The notes beneath the pieces were generated by a model. That model searched no databases, was not told where the DNA came from, and saw only the letters and a list, made by a program, of their open reading frames with translations. Source: Macrostomum lignano (taxonomy: Eukaryota). Taken from it: a stretch of DNA of 64,000 nt. How positions within the stretch are numbered: position 1 is the first letter of the stretch; every line of letters starts with the position of its first letter. The DNA is taken from contig NIVC01002786.1 of assembly GCA_002269645.1 (NCBI GenBank), positions 3,196 through 67,195 of the forward strand. The letters run 5' to 3'. Made by a program: the position numbers and the translations under genes. Shown piece after piece: positions 1 through 12,187 of the stretch.

Positions 1-491
1 TCATCGTCTGAAAATTATGTTATGGATGCCTGATGTACTCAATCAGTTGAGAAATGGAATAGAGTTTAGAAAACCCCCTTTTAAAGGCTCGTGATTCGTG
101 CATTAGCGAAACTGCTAATTGAAATCCAATAAACGTCCTTTGCACTTAGCCTGTCGAATTTAAAATTTTTTATCTTTTTGAAATGAGCTAACGACCCAAT
201 CTATTACTTGTAACAACCATGGAAACAGAGCCGCTAGAGAAGCTGACGAATAAAAGAATTAAATCACTCTTAGACGAACTTTTGAGCTGGCAGCTTTAAA
301 TGAAGCCTGTTAAAAAACTCACTGAATTCGCATTGGGAAAACATTCTCGCGTATTTACTGTTAGTAGTAAGTTAAAAATATACACGAAAATATCATTGCT
401 GAGGCAATGGGGATTATAAAATAGTGAAGCTGCTGTAAGATTGCAATAGAACACATTACTGGATAGTAAATCTTAACATTGATGTCTGATA

Positions 492-1063
492 GGGAACTGG
501 GTCAGGTGGGATCTTGGGCAGGTGGGAACTGGGTCAGATGGGAACTGGGTCAGGTGGGAACTGGGTCAGGTGGGAACTGGGGCAGGTAGGAACTAGGTCA
601 GGTGGGAACTGTGTCAGGTGGGAACTGGGTCATGTGGGAACTGGGTCTTGTAGGAACTAGGGCAGGTGGGAACTGAGTCAGGTGGGAACTGGGTCATGTG
701 GGAACTGGGTCAGGTAGGAACTAGGGCAGGTGGGAACTGGGTCAGGTGGGAACTGGGGCAGGTGGGAAATGGGTCAGGTGGGAACTGGGTCAGGTGGGAA
801 CTGGGGCAGGTGGGAAGGGGCAGGTAGGAACTGGGTCAGGTGGGAACTGGGTCATGTGGGAACTGGGTCAGGTAGGAACTAGGGCAGGTGGGAACTGGGT
901 CAGGTGGGAACTGGGGCAGGTGGGAAATGGGGCAGGTGGGAACTGGGGCAGGTAGGAACTAGGTCAGATGGGAACTGGTTCATGTGGGAACTGGGTCAGA
1001 TAGGAACTAGGTCAGGTGGGAACTGGGGTAGGTGGGTACTGGGGCAGGTAGGAACTGGGGCAG
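492..1063. repeat. Minisatellite, 16-bp unit (CAGGTGGGAACTGGGT)
   Basis: GGAACTGG recurs with period 16 (e.g. 541, 557). The ORFs overlapping it are repeat artefacts. Confidence 0.95.
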
Positions 1064-1406
1064 CTGAGGAGCAGCGATCTTTTTAGGTAGAAACGTATTC
1101 TAATAGAGCATAAAAAGTTTAACGTGCTGCGTGTAGGAGGCATGAAAGCAATCATAAAATTCTAGCTTTATATTCTTAGCAAATAGGCTCTCTAAAAATT
1201 TCATAAAACGCTTGGAAATTATAATTCGATCAGCCGCGCAAGCTCGTAAAAACAACAGGATGTTACAAAAATGCATTATTAGTAAAAAGAAAAGTTAAGA
1301 CAAAATGCGTCGACTTGAATTTTTGTAACCACTTTTTTTGCTAAAAATACTGCTATTAAATCGCGGACAAACAAAAAGAAGAAAACATTAAATATTACAG
1401 CACTAA

Positions 1407-1592
1407 GTGCAAGCACGAGGCATCAGCCAATGAGAGACGACTACGAAGTGAGGTGGGTGCAAGCACGAGGTATCAGCCAATGAGAGACGACTACGAAGTG
1501 AGGTGGGTGCAAGCACGGGTATCAGCCAATGAGAGATGACTACGAAGTGAGGTGGGTGCAAGCACCGGTTGTCAGCCAATGAGAGACGACTA
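1407..1592. repeat. Four tandem copies of a ~50-bp unit, each containing CAGCCAATGAGAG
   Basis: GTGCAAGCAC at 1407, 1457, 1507 and ~1556. Confidence 0.9.
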
Positions 1593-1614
1593 TGGGCACA
1601 TGAAAGAGACAGGC

Positions 1615-4600
1615 CTAGGCAAAGGAGCTTTTAAGCAGCCTGTGCACCGCATGGCCAATGCTAGATCTTTTGACCGCACTGGCGGCCGACTTCTGCTGGT
1701 GGTTTTGCCGTCGGCGCGGCGGCACCCTGTTGTCGCCAAAGAGGTGAAAATCTGCAAGCAAATACGGCCAAATAAATCCGCTGGGTCGAAGCGTTAACGA
1801 AATAGTGACAGGATTAACGATTAATTAATTAGGTTAATTGATTAGCTTAGCACAGCGGTTAAAGTTACGTAACTATAACGGTTAATAAATCATAATAGGC
1901 GGCTTTTTGCATACGCGAAATATTTTAAAGCGAAATCGGAGACTTCTCTTTGGTTAGGAACGACCCCATCTAATAAGGGAAAGAGCATGATCTCACTGCG
2001 CCCCCGGAAACAGGGAGCAACATTCTTGTCTGCCTGCTCCACAGACGCCGCACAACTCACCGACAAAGTCCTCCTTGGGCAGGGCGCACAGGCGGAGGCC
2101 GTCAACGCAGTCAACCGGAGCGTCCAGGCCCAGCGGCACGAAGCCGGACTCGCGGCAGACCACGAGCCGGTCCAGGCGGAGGCCGTACCGACCGCACACC
2201 GGGCGCAGCACGTCACGCAGCGATTTGGCTGGCCGAGCTCGGACACCGACGCACCGGCCGGCTGGGGCTGGCAGCTCTAGCCGGAACAGAACTCGCCGTT
2301 CCATCCGGATTTGCCGGCCAGCGAACGCCGACAGTGGAGCGTCCAGACCGCCGCTGCCGCTGACACCGTCGGGCTCGTCGTCGTTGAGCACGCGGACTTC
2401 AGCGGCGGCAAAGTTGAGGCCGCGCCGTTCGCAGAGATCTAGCAGGGCCTCGCGCAGGCTGCGCTGCTGCTGGCCGGCTGCGCCGCGAACGTCCAGCAGA
2501 GCCGAGGAGCCGTCAGCCAGCTGAACGCGGCAGCAGCCCGCAGCGGTGGGCAGCGCTGATGCAGACGGAGGTGACGGTGACCGAGATCCGTGCTGCTGCT
2601 GCTGATCGGAGTGGCGTCTCAGCGTGCGGCCTGTATAAACAATTGTTTAATAAGTTTTAGTAGCCAAAAATTTACACAATTTTTAATTCCTAGTAAAAGG
2701 GGCCTTCCGAAATAAGCGCTAAGAAGCGATTGGAATTTAAATAAAATTAGGACTCAAATTTGGGATTAAAAACTAAGAAGTAGGGATCAAGATTCCGAGA
2801 GCAGGGATTGGGAATCTGAAAGTAGGGATCGGGACTGAGAGTAGGGATCAGGACTGAGAGTAGGGATCAGGACTGAGAGTAGGGATCAGGACTGGGAGTA
2901 GGGATCGGGACTGAGAGTAGGGATCAGGACTCTGAGAGTAGGGATCAGGACTCTGAGAGTAGGGATCAGGACTGGGAGTAGGGATCGGGACTCTGAGAGT
3001 AAGGACCGTGGCAAGGCCAGCTCACCGCGAACCAAGCTCGCCAAGAAGCCGCGCCGCTTGGCCCCGCCGCCGTTGTCGAGAGTCTCGGCCCCGATAGTCA
3101 ACGGTCGCTGTTGTCGCTGTGCTGCGGCCGCGGCCACAGCCTCCCGGTAGCAGCTGGACTTGAGGAACCTGGCGTAGCTGTCCATCCGCATCAGATCGTA
3201 GATGTGCCGCTGCGCCTTGTCGAACGCGTGTCGACTTGGCGGCGGCCGACTGGCGTCCAGAATATCGGCGCGAAGCTGCTCAACCGTGGCGCCGTCCAGA
3301 TTGACGCACTGCGGCGCGTTGATGCCGATGAAGTCGTATACTATGCGGGCGGCTTCGGTTGACAGCTGCGGATGGGAGCAGCGCATCCGACACTATTTTC
3401 CAGTGACTGCTGGGTTTCCACCGGAGTTTCCCGATCCCAATTTTTAAGCCCTGATCATAAAATCCGAACTCATAAGTCACCGGTCCTAACTCTCTGACTC
3501 CCGATCCCAACTATTTGAGTCTAAATCCCAACTATCGAAGTCCCCATCCAAACTAATGGAAGTCCCGATCCCAATTAACGGAAGTTCCGATCCCAACTAA
3601 CGGAAGTCTTGATCCAAATACCAAAGTCCCGATCCCTACTATCGACGTCCCGATCCCTACTATCGACGTCCCGATCCCAACTATCGACGTCCCGATCCCA
3701 ACTATCGACGTCCCGATCCCAACTATCGACGTCCCGATTCCAACTATCGACGTCCCGATCCCAACTATCGACGTCTCGATCCCAACTATCGACGTCTCGA
3801 TCCCAACTATCGACGTCTCGATCCCAACTAACGGAAGTCCAAATCCCAACTAACGGAAGTCCCGATCCCAACTATCGAAGTCCCGACCCCAACTATCAAA
3901 GTCCTGATCCCAACTATCAAAGTCCTGATCCCAACTACTAAAGTCCTGATCCCAACTACCAAAGTCCCGATCCTAGCTATCGAAGTCCCGATCCCAACTA
4001 GCAAAGTCCCGATCCCAACTATCAAAGTCCTGATCCCAACTACTAAAGTCCTGATCCCAACTATCAAAGTCCTGATTCCAACTACCAAAGTTCCGATCCC
4101 AACTAGCGAAGTCCCGATCCCACTACTCATCCCCAGCCCCGAACTCACTGCCTCCTGGTCCTCAATCGCCCTATACCGCTCAACAGCCAGCCAGAAGGCG
4201 ACATTCTCTTCGCTGAACTCGCCGCGCAGAAATTCGGCGAACAGCTTGACGCCAGTCGGGTCGGCCAGCAGGCGGTCCAGCCCGGCCGACCAGTCGGAGG
4301 GACCGCCAGTGGCGGCTGTATCGTCGATGGCGTCGGGCGCATCAACGACGCCGGAGCCGAACGCCATCGCCGATTGGGGCCGGCGGCGCAGCAGCGGCGG
4401 CGGCGCCGGGACGAATTTGGCGCCGATTCCCGTACCGACGCCGAAGTCGCCGCCGCTGCGTCGGCGCTGATTGTCGGCAACGATTGGCGGCGATTCGGCG
4501 TCATCGGAGGAGGCGCTGCTGGCCAGATTCTGCGGTATGGAGAGGCGAGGCCGCTGGCTTTACTTAATTAGTTACCTAGCGTTAATTTGTAATTGCTTTT

Positions 4601-7275
4601 TAAGTGAGACATATTAGTTAAAAGGTCAGCTATGAGGGAAACTAGCTCTTCGGCATTGGACACTTGCTGCCTGATGCGCAAAAAAAGCGGCAGTTTTCTC
4701 CGCTTTACAATAATAACACTACCTCATATCATTCTGTCAGCTAAGATTTGGTTTCTTCAGTGGAGTTCAAGTCAGTGGAGCTCCAGTTAAATAGAATCCC
4801 AGTCAGTGAAATCACAGTTAGGAAAATTCCTGACAGTGGAATCCAATTAGGGGAATCCCAGATAGGAGAATCCTGTTAGGAGAATCCCAGCTAGGGGAAT
4901 CCCAGCTAGGGGAATCCCAGCTAGAGGAATCCAGTTAGGGGAATTCCAGTTAGGAGAATCCCAGCTAGGGGAATCCAGCTAGAGGAATCCAGCTAGGGGA
5001 ATCCCAGCTAGGAGAATATCAGCTAGGAGAATCCCAGCTAGGGGAATCCAGTTAGGGAAATCCCTGCTAGGAAAATCCCAGTTCGGGGAATCCAATTAGG
5101 AGAATTATAGCTAGGAGAATCCCAGCTAGAGGAATCCAGTTAGGGGAATCCCAGTCACCAATATAATAACTGGTACGAGCGTAAATCTGTACCTCACAAG
5201 AGAGCGCACTGAGTCCAGTTGTCCATCGCGTCGACGGAGCGACATCCGTCTTTTGCTGCTGCCCTTGAACAACTTCTCCAGAGGCCAGCGTCCTGACTGT
5301 TGAGTTCAACGATGCCGCCAGGCCAGTCAGGGTGCCCGATGAAGAGTCGGCGACGTGTATCGGAACCGACGGTCGACGAAGCTGGCGCTGCTGTCGATTG
5401 AGAGCCGGCGGGCCAGACGGCGGCGGGGTCGGATAGCTCAGACTGGGCGGCGCCGCGGCCTCCTTGTCGGCGAACAGGCGCACCAGCCGGTGCACGATGG
5501 GAGCCGCCACCTGAGGCAGCTGGGTGCAGCAGCCAGCGGACTCGTCCGGCTGGCAGTTCAATCCGAACGCCGCCGTCCATCGAGCGTGACCGCGGCGCCG
5601 ATGATCGGCTAGGCGGCCGCTGACCCGGAAGATGTGCACCGCGCCAGCGACGGTGAGGAGAGCAAAGTAGCGGGCGTCCTCGTTGTAGGCGCAGACGAAG
5701 GCCAGACTGTCTGCTGGCAGGCTGAGCAGCGAGCGGCTCGGGCGTCGGCGAGGCTGACAGAGCGCGGCGTCACCTCCAGAAGGGTCGGCTGGCCCGCCGC
5801 GGAAGTTGCTGGAGTCGGCGTCGGCTTCGTCGACGAGGTCGAAGACGACGGCGATAGTGAGGACGGCGAGGCCGAGGGCGACGACGGCTGCAGGCGGGCC
5901 GCGGCGCGGGCGCTGGCGATCGCCGAGCGAACGACGCGCAGCCGGTCGGCGGGCGCCGGGACCGGCAGCTGCAGGCTGGCGACGTGGATGACCAGCCAGC
6001 GGCCCGCCAGCTCACCCGACAGAGCCGAGGCAGTGGCAGCGGCGGCGTCTTCGTAGCGCTGCTCCGGCCCGATGGCGCCGCAGTGCTGATGCCGCGGTGG
6101 TGGCGGAGGCGGCGCCTGTTGCTGTGCCAGCTTTTGATGCGGCATTTCCGCTTCATCATTGTCTGAGCAGGCGCCTAGGAGGCTGGGCTCGGCCTGCGCG
6201 GCATCACAGATTAAGAATGAGTTCTCGCTCTGAGTAGTGCTCACGAATTCTGTTGTCATATTGATGAGGGCCGCCAAGTCCAAAGTAACAGTGGGCTTCG
6301 AACCTCAGACTGAGCCTTGTTTTGAACCTCAGACTGAGCTCGAAATATTGCAATGCCATCAACTTTCTCAAAAAGTCCCAAATGCCCAAAAGCTTCCTAC
6401 GTCTTAGAAGCTTCCCCCCAGCCCCTAAAATCCGTTCCGCCATTGATTTTTTTTTAAGTCACAGCCTTTAATTTCCCTACACCCTATAAATTCCCCACAC
6501 CCTACAAATTCCCCACACCCAATAAATTCCCCACATCCTTTAAATTCCCCACCCCTTTACCCCTTTAAACTCCCCACACGCTTTAAATTCCCCCACATCC
6601 TTAAATTCCCCATCCCTATACCTATTTAAACTCCCCACACGCTTTAATTCTCCACACGCTTTAAATTCCCCACACCCTTTAAATTCCCCTCACCCTTTAA
6701 ATTCCCTAAACGCTCTAAATTCCCCAAACGCTTGAAATTCCCCCACTTTTAAATTCCCCACACCCTTTAAATCACCCACACGCTTTGAATTCCCCACACG
6801 CTTTAAATTACCTACACCCTTTAAATTGCTCACACCATCAAAATTCCAACAGCTAAAGCTAAATTCCCTAGACCCTCTGAATTATCAAAACCTCTACGTT
6901 CCCTACAAAAGTTGACCAACTCACTGACACAACCTGAAGCGCCAGAGAGTCGCCGCTGGCGCCAATCAATGCAGCCACTCGCTCGTGCTCAGCCCCATCA
7001 ACTGGCTGGCCATTGACGCCCAGCAGGTAATCGCCAGGTTTCAGGCCGGCGTGCTGCGCGGCGCTGCCAGGCACAACTGCGCTAACAACGCACGGACGCT
7101 GGCCGCTGATGCTGAAGCCGTAGCCTGCCGGGAGTCTGTGCATAGCAACTGTGCGAACTGCATGCACAGTGCGGCACTGACGGCGGCAGTGGTGGCGGCG
7201 CTGTGCAGCCCGAAAGGCATCGCCTGCTGCTGCTGCGACACTGGAGGTCGCGACTGTTGCTCTTGCTATTGGCAT
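1615..7275 (-). CDS. RGS12: RGS12/loco-like regulator of G-protein signalling (PDZ, PTB, RGS, two Ras-binding domains), multi-exon
   Basis: Hand-built exons (minus): 7275-6925 PDZ (GYGFSISGQRPCVVSAVVPGSAAQHAGLKPGD); 6229-5193 PTB (HIFRV...DH...H..W..AFGLNC; one-base frameshift near 5736); 4553-4149 RGS N-half (WSAGLDRLLADPTGVKLFAEFLRGEFSEENVAFW); 3365-3026 RGS C-half (VNLD...FDKAQRHIYDLMRMDSYARFLKS); 2630-2061 RBD1+RBD2; tentative last exon 1751-1615. GT-AG junctions and phases are compatible. The domain order matches RGS12/loco. The start codon and last exon are uncertain. Confidence 0.88.
2780..3000. repeat. Intronic minisatellite, 19-bp unit (GAGAGTAGGGATCAGGACT)
   Basis: AGTAGGG at 2821, 2840, 2859, 2878. 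Confidence 0.9.
3500..4130. repeat. Intronic minisatellite, 21-bp unit (CCCGATCCCAACTATCGACGT)
   Basis: 7-residue periodicity in all overlapping ORFs. Lies in the intron splitting the RGS domain. Confidence 0.95.
4790..5155. repeat. Intronic minisatellite, ~16-bp unit (CCCAGCTAGGGGAATC)
   Basis: Visible tandem repetition. Confidence 0.85.
6470..6835. repeat. Intronic degenerate minisatellite (AAATTCCCCACACCCTTT-like)
   Basis: Visible tandem repetition with ~18-20 bp units. Confidence 0.8.
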
Positions 7276-8949
7276 CAGCAAAATTATTGTGGGCACTCCC
7301 TAAATATAAGCCTAATAATAAGCCTAAAGTTTCACATTGTCAATATGAACAGTCCTTTAGCTAACAGTCAGTTAAAAGTGATACTTCAATAACATGTAAT
7401 CTATAAAAAAGTAATTACCCAATACCTTAAACTCGAATACCCAAATTTTGAATATTGTTAATACACTAATTCCAATACCATATTTTAATACCCAGCTTTT
7501 TGCAAAAGCAACAATATCTAACATGTCTAGCTGTATAATTTAAGCTTCTTAGACATTTTTGATTCTCCTAGGTCAAGAAATCATACTTAGCATTGTTTTG
7601 AATAAAGAAAATTTCACTAGAATAAATAACAGATAAAATAAACAAATGCAAAACAATCAGTTGCATAATAATTTATTTCAGTTAAGATATTTATTAGACA
7701 CTACAGTCTATTATTGTTGATTATTTGTTTCATTTATTAAGTTACTATTGGCACCCTCCACCTTTAGTTATCAAATCACATTCTATTTTGTCAATTACTG
7801 TTATTTATTTGATTATTTAATAGTTGAATAACTATTATAGCTAGAAGTACATTGGATAATTTTTGTCAACAAGTTCTTTGGCACTACTCACTTATTGATT
7901 CTTTTATCTTACCAATAGACATTGCCATAAGATTTTAAACAATTTTTTTACCAAATTTCAGTTAGTGCAGACAAAATAGAATATTAGTGGACTGCTAATA
8001 CGCTTGTATAGAAAGGTATTTTATAATTGATAGTCATTTTCTCTATTGCTAGTTTATCTGCTATTCTAACTTGTCTATTAAAAGGGTGCTGACCATTTTA
8101 GTGAAAGACCACTTTGGTGAAGGCCATTTTGGCAAAAGACTACTTTGGTGAATCTATATAGACCATATTAAAAGTATAAAAACACATAAAAATCTTCTAC
8201 ATATCTTTCTAAACTACAGATTAATTTTTTTATATTGTATTAATCAGTTTCAATCATCCATTGAATAAATAATAGATAAATATTAATTAATAAATCATTC
8301 AATATAAAAATAGAAAATCAATAAATCATAAATTATTTACACTGTTGGGCACTATTATTGAAAATCTTAACTTCCATTAATGGCAAAAGTGTTAGCATTA
8401 AAACAAAAAAATCTTAACTTATTAACTCTTAATTTGTTAATAGCATTAATCCATTAAAGTTAACATAGAAAATACAGAAATGTTATACTTTTTCCAAAAC
8501 AAACTTCATAATGCATTGCCTTTGCTTTTCCATCTTTTTAGTAAAACACAGAGGTCATCCAAGCAACTTACAAGCTAAAAAAGTAATAAATATTAATTTA
8601 AAAAACTTGTATATATAATACTACTAAAAGTAAGCATATGGTAAAAGAATTAACTTATTTCTTTGAAACTTGAAAGCTAAATAGCTAATAATGAAATATG
8701 AATAAGGTTGTTTTAGTAGCATTAGCAAACATAGCAGAAAGTTACGAAAGATTGGGAAAGAAGAGAATAAAAGCAATTGGTGCTCATATACAAGAAATAG
8801 AGTTCACAATTTTAATTCATTATAGAGTTCATTAGTAAGAAGTTATTACATTTGCATAATTGTTATTATAAACAAATAGATTAATTGGGCATTTAGGTAA
8901 ATTCAATTCAACATTACATTCATAATGTTGTAACTTCTCTTTAGAAGCC

Positions 8950-9305
8950 TAGCAGTAGCGCAGCTGCTTTGGTGTACCAGTACCAGCAACCCAGGCTTGA
9001 TTCCAAGTGTAATCACATTAATTTGGGGCTGAATTAGAATCTCAGCTTGGCTTTGCTCATGCAATTAACGGCCTTGAGAGCCAACCCTCCAAGGTGCAGT
9101 GAAGTGTACAAGCCTAATGATAATATAAAGTTAGGGCTGCTGTATACTCCTATGTAAGTGTGTGCCTGCGTACATATCTGTGTGCTTGTATGCCTGCTCA
9201 GGGGAGTTGGCAGAATGGGCAGTAATGCCTCTCACCAGTTGTGTGCCTATGTCACTTAAAGTGCACCAAGGTGGACACAAACCCCCTGCCTTTAATAAAA
9301 AACTT
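8950..9305 (+). mobile_element. Possible tRNA-derived SINE
   Basis: Higher-GC island in AT-rich DNA with an A-box-like TAGCGCAGCTG (8956), a degenerate B-box GGCTTGATTCC (8994) and an A-rich tail AATAAAAAA (~9294). No second copy seen. Confidence 0.35.
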
Positions 9306-12187
9306 CTCTTTAGATTTGGTCATTGACATTACCATTAACATTAACAATGAATTTGTTGTTAACTCACAAAATTATTAGGCCTAATGCTAATATTTTTGTT
9401 AATCTATTAGTTCAAAAAATCTTAATGGCAGTTTGTTAATAAAAATCTTAATGCTTATTAATGATGCTTATTAATAGACTGGTGCCCAATATAGACTATT
9501 GAAGTCATTTATTAAAAAAGACTGTTTGTAAAATGGTCAAAGTTAAACTTATTTTCTTATCAATTTTAAATATAATATAATATGTTATTATATTTATTTA
9601 AAATATGATAAACCAAAGTCCAAATTATATGTAAAAAATAATATTTCACTATAACTTTTATCTTTCTATATTAATCACAATATATCATTATGGAAAATAA
9701 GTTTTACAATATATATACTTGACTATAGTCTACTTTTTTCAAACATTTTTATCTGCCAGCAGACAAGAACACAATAGATTAAATGACCATATTACTTCAA
9801 TGATAAATATATATTCATATTTTATTTTAATATTTTTAAAGAAATTTTATTTCTTTAAATTTTGTCAAAGACAAAGGACATGTATAATAAATTTAGCCGC
9901 TAATTTTAATGCAGACCTTCATAAACTCAAATAAATAGAATTATAGATTGTATAGCAGTATTTTTGTCACTAAAATTTGACTACATATGCAGGATGCATT
10001 TGACTTGTTTGAGATGTTACATCTCAGATGTAAACTAACTAAATATGAGAACAGTCGCAATCATACACACAACTGGTAGCCTAACATTGTTTTCTTTGTT
10101 TACTCTTTGCTCAACTTCGTCCTGAAACTTCAATGCTAGATCGGAACGGAACTAGAAAGATCGATGATAAGAATGTGATTCGATTCGGTTAAATATAGAC
10201 ATTAGTCAATATACCCAGTGCTCATTAAGATCACATGAAGAGCAAAATTAAATATCTGCTATTTCCTGCCTCCCACTTTTCGAAACAGTTTAAACTGCTA
10301 GATAAAATGAGAAAACATTTTTTTGAAAAAACTGCCTTTCTTATATTACAATTTTTCCCTAACAAGCAACAGTAAGCAACTATACGGTAAATTTTGTTAT
10401 AAATATAAAAAAATAACTCTGGGTAAGCAGGAATAAAGTTCGTAGGTAGAAAACGACTATTTATCCCAATAGTTGCTTAAATTTTTCATTATGTTCAAAA
10501 TATTAAATAATAAGCTGTCGTTGAATTTTAAATGTTTGCGACAATTTCAAAATTGGTGCACGTGTAGCCTATTGACGTGTAACTTAGAAAATATGTTTAC
10601 ACAAATTGATTGAATGATTGTGTAACACAATCGATTTTTAACTACAATTTTTAATAAATCAGACAAGTCAGAAAATATTGACTAGACTAGGTTGTTGTCA
10701 ATAATATGGCCTATATTAGCCCAAAACAATTAAAGCCTTTTATTTTACTTCAATGAAGGCACTACAGAGTGCACAGACTATAAAATTAGTACTACTAGAC
10801 TTATATGTAGATTATTTATTAGCTAAGCACGATAACAAATTTTCCTAAAACGAATGCATCAAGTTGTGCCATTTATTTTATTTCTGGTAACAATTATATC
10901 GTATATATAAATATCGTATATTTAAATAATTTAAATTGATATATGCGATATCAATTTATTTAAATTAACTTGGATTCCTGAAAAGCAAGTCATGTCAAAA
11001 CTCAAAAGATGAACATTGGATCCTCTTGTGCTGATCAAACCAAAACCTCCATTCTCCATAATAAATTTTTCGCCAAAATTTCCATTGTTTCATTCCCATC
11101 CTTCTGCTTACGCTCGTAGCAGTAGTCTTTTGAGAAAACCTTTGCATATCTTTATCTTCGCATTGCAAGAAGCTTAATATACAGTTATACTTTTAATTCA
11201 GATGCAGATTTCATCAACACTACTAGGAGTTGAAATGTACAAGCACATTGAATTCTTGAAAAAACATGAAAATCGGGCGGAAGCTTCAATCCATCCAATT
11301 ATGCTGATCGCCCTCGGCTTCCGCTCTTCCCAATCCCTCCTTCACCCAGCCCAACTCTGCGTTGCGTGGCGCAAGTTGCGTCACTCAAAAGTCAATACTG
11401 AACTGGAATTTACTGCGCACTCTCAAAGGTGGCGACTTTTTAATTCTTTTGAGTGTACGAGCATGCATGCATGTACATGTACTGCATGTATATATTATCC
11501 GTATCTCTGCTATGCAAACGTGCATGTACACAGTTAGGCAGCTGTATGATAAAAATTGGCAGTTTAACAATGGACAGCAAGAACCGATAAGGAAATCCAA
11601 AACCGTAAAAGCTGCACAAGCATGCACGACAAGTGCATATTTGTATAGCTAAAGCTCATGCATTATTTACTAGGCTTCAATTATTTAATAAATTTAAAGT
11701 ACAATTAAGTAACAATTAAAGTAATATAGTAGCAGGCAACTGTTGAAGTCATGCTCTGATGTATGGAAATTGAGACCATGACAACCATTTCTCTGGCATT
11801 AATTTTTGAAAAAAATATGCAGCTAAAGCCAACTGTAGCTGCATCTCCCAGACCAGCAAGTACACGGAGAAGCCTTATTAAATATATATTTTTAAAAATT
11901 ATAACAATAAAGTGAAAAGTACGTGTATTTATTTGAGGAAAGTTAAATGTTCAATAAAGAGATTCAACAAAGAGAGTATAAAATTGCCTTTTCGTGAGAA
12001 TTATTGCAATACATTTTTAGAGCTTTAAACATGTAATTAGTAGTGCATAAGCAACAAAAATAAAAGCAAAAAGTGACGCTGTGACATAAGTCATGGATTT
12101 TTGTGACAAGAAGTGCTTCTGCATGGAAACTTAAATTATAACTTAAAAGTAAATTTGTCCTATCTTCATGTCTGCTAATCGAACGAG

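Noticed and set aside
1868-1882. CGTAACTATAACGGT, matching the first half of the I-CeuI / 23S rRNA site
   Set aside because: The match stops halfway, there is no rRNA context and it sits in an AT-rich palindromic patch; treated as chance.
5725-5745. Frameshift in the RGS12 PTB exon suggesting a pseudogene or programmed frameshift
   Set aside because: A single missing base restores a conserved frame, all other exons are intact and no slippery site is seen. A similar indel in LRRC71 points to long-read assembly error; raw reads would decide.
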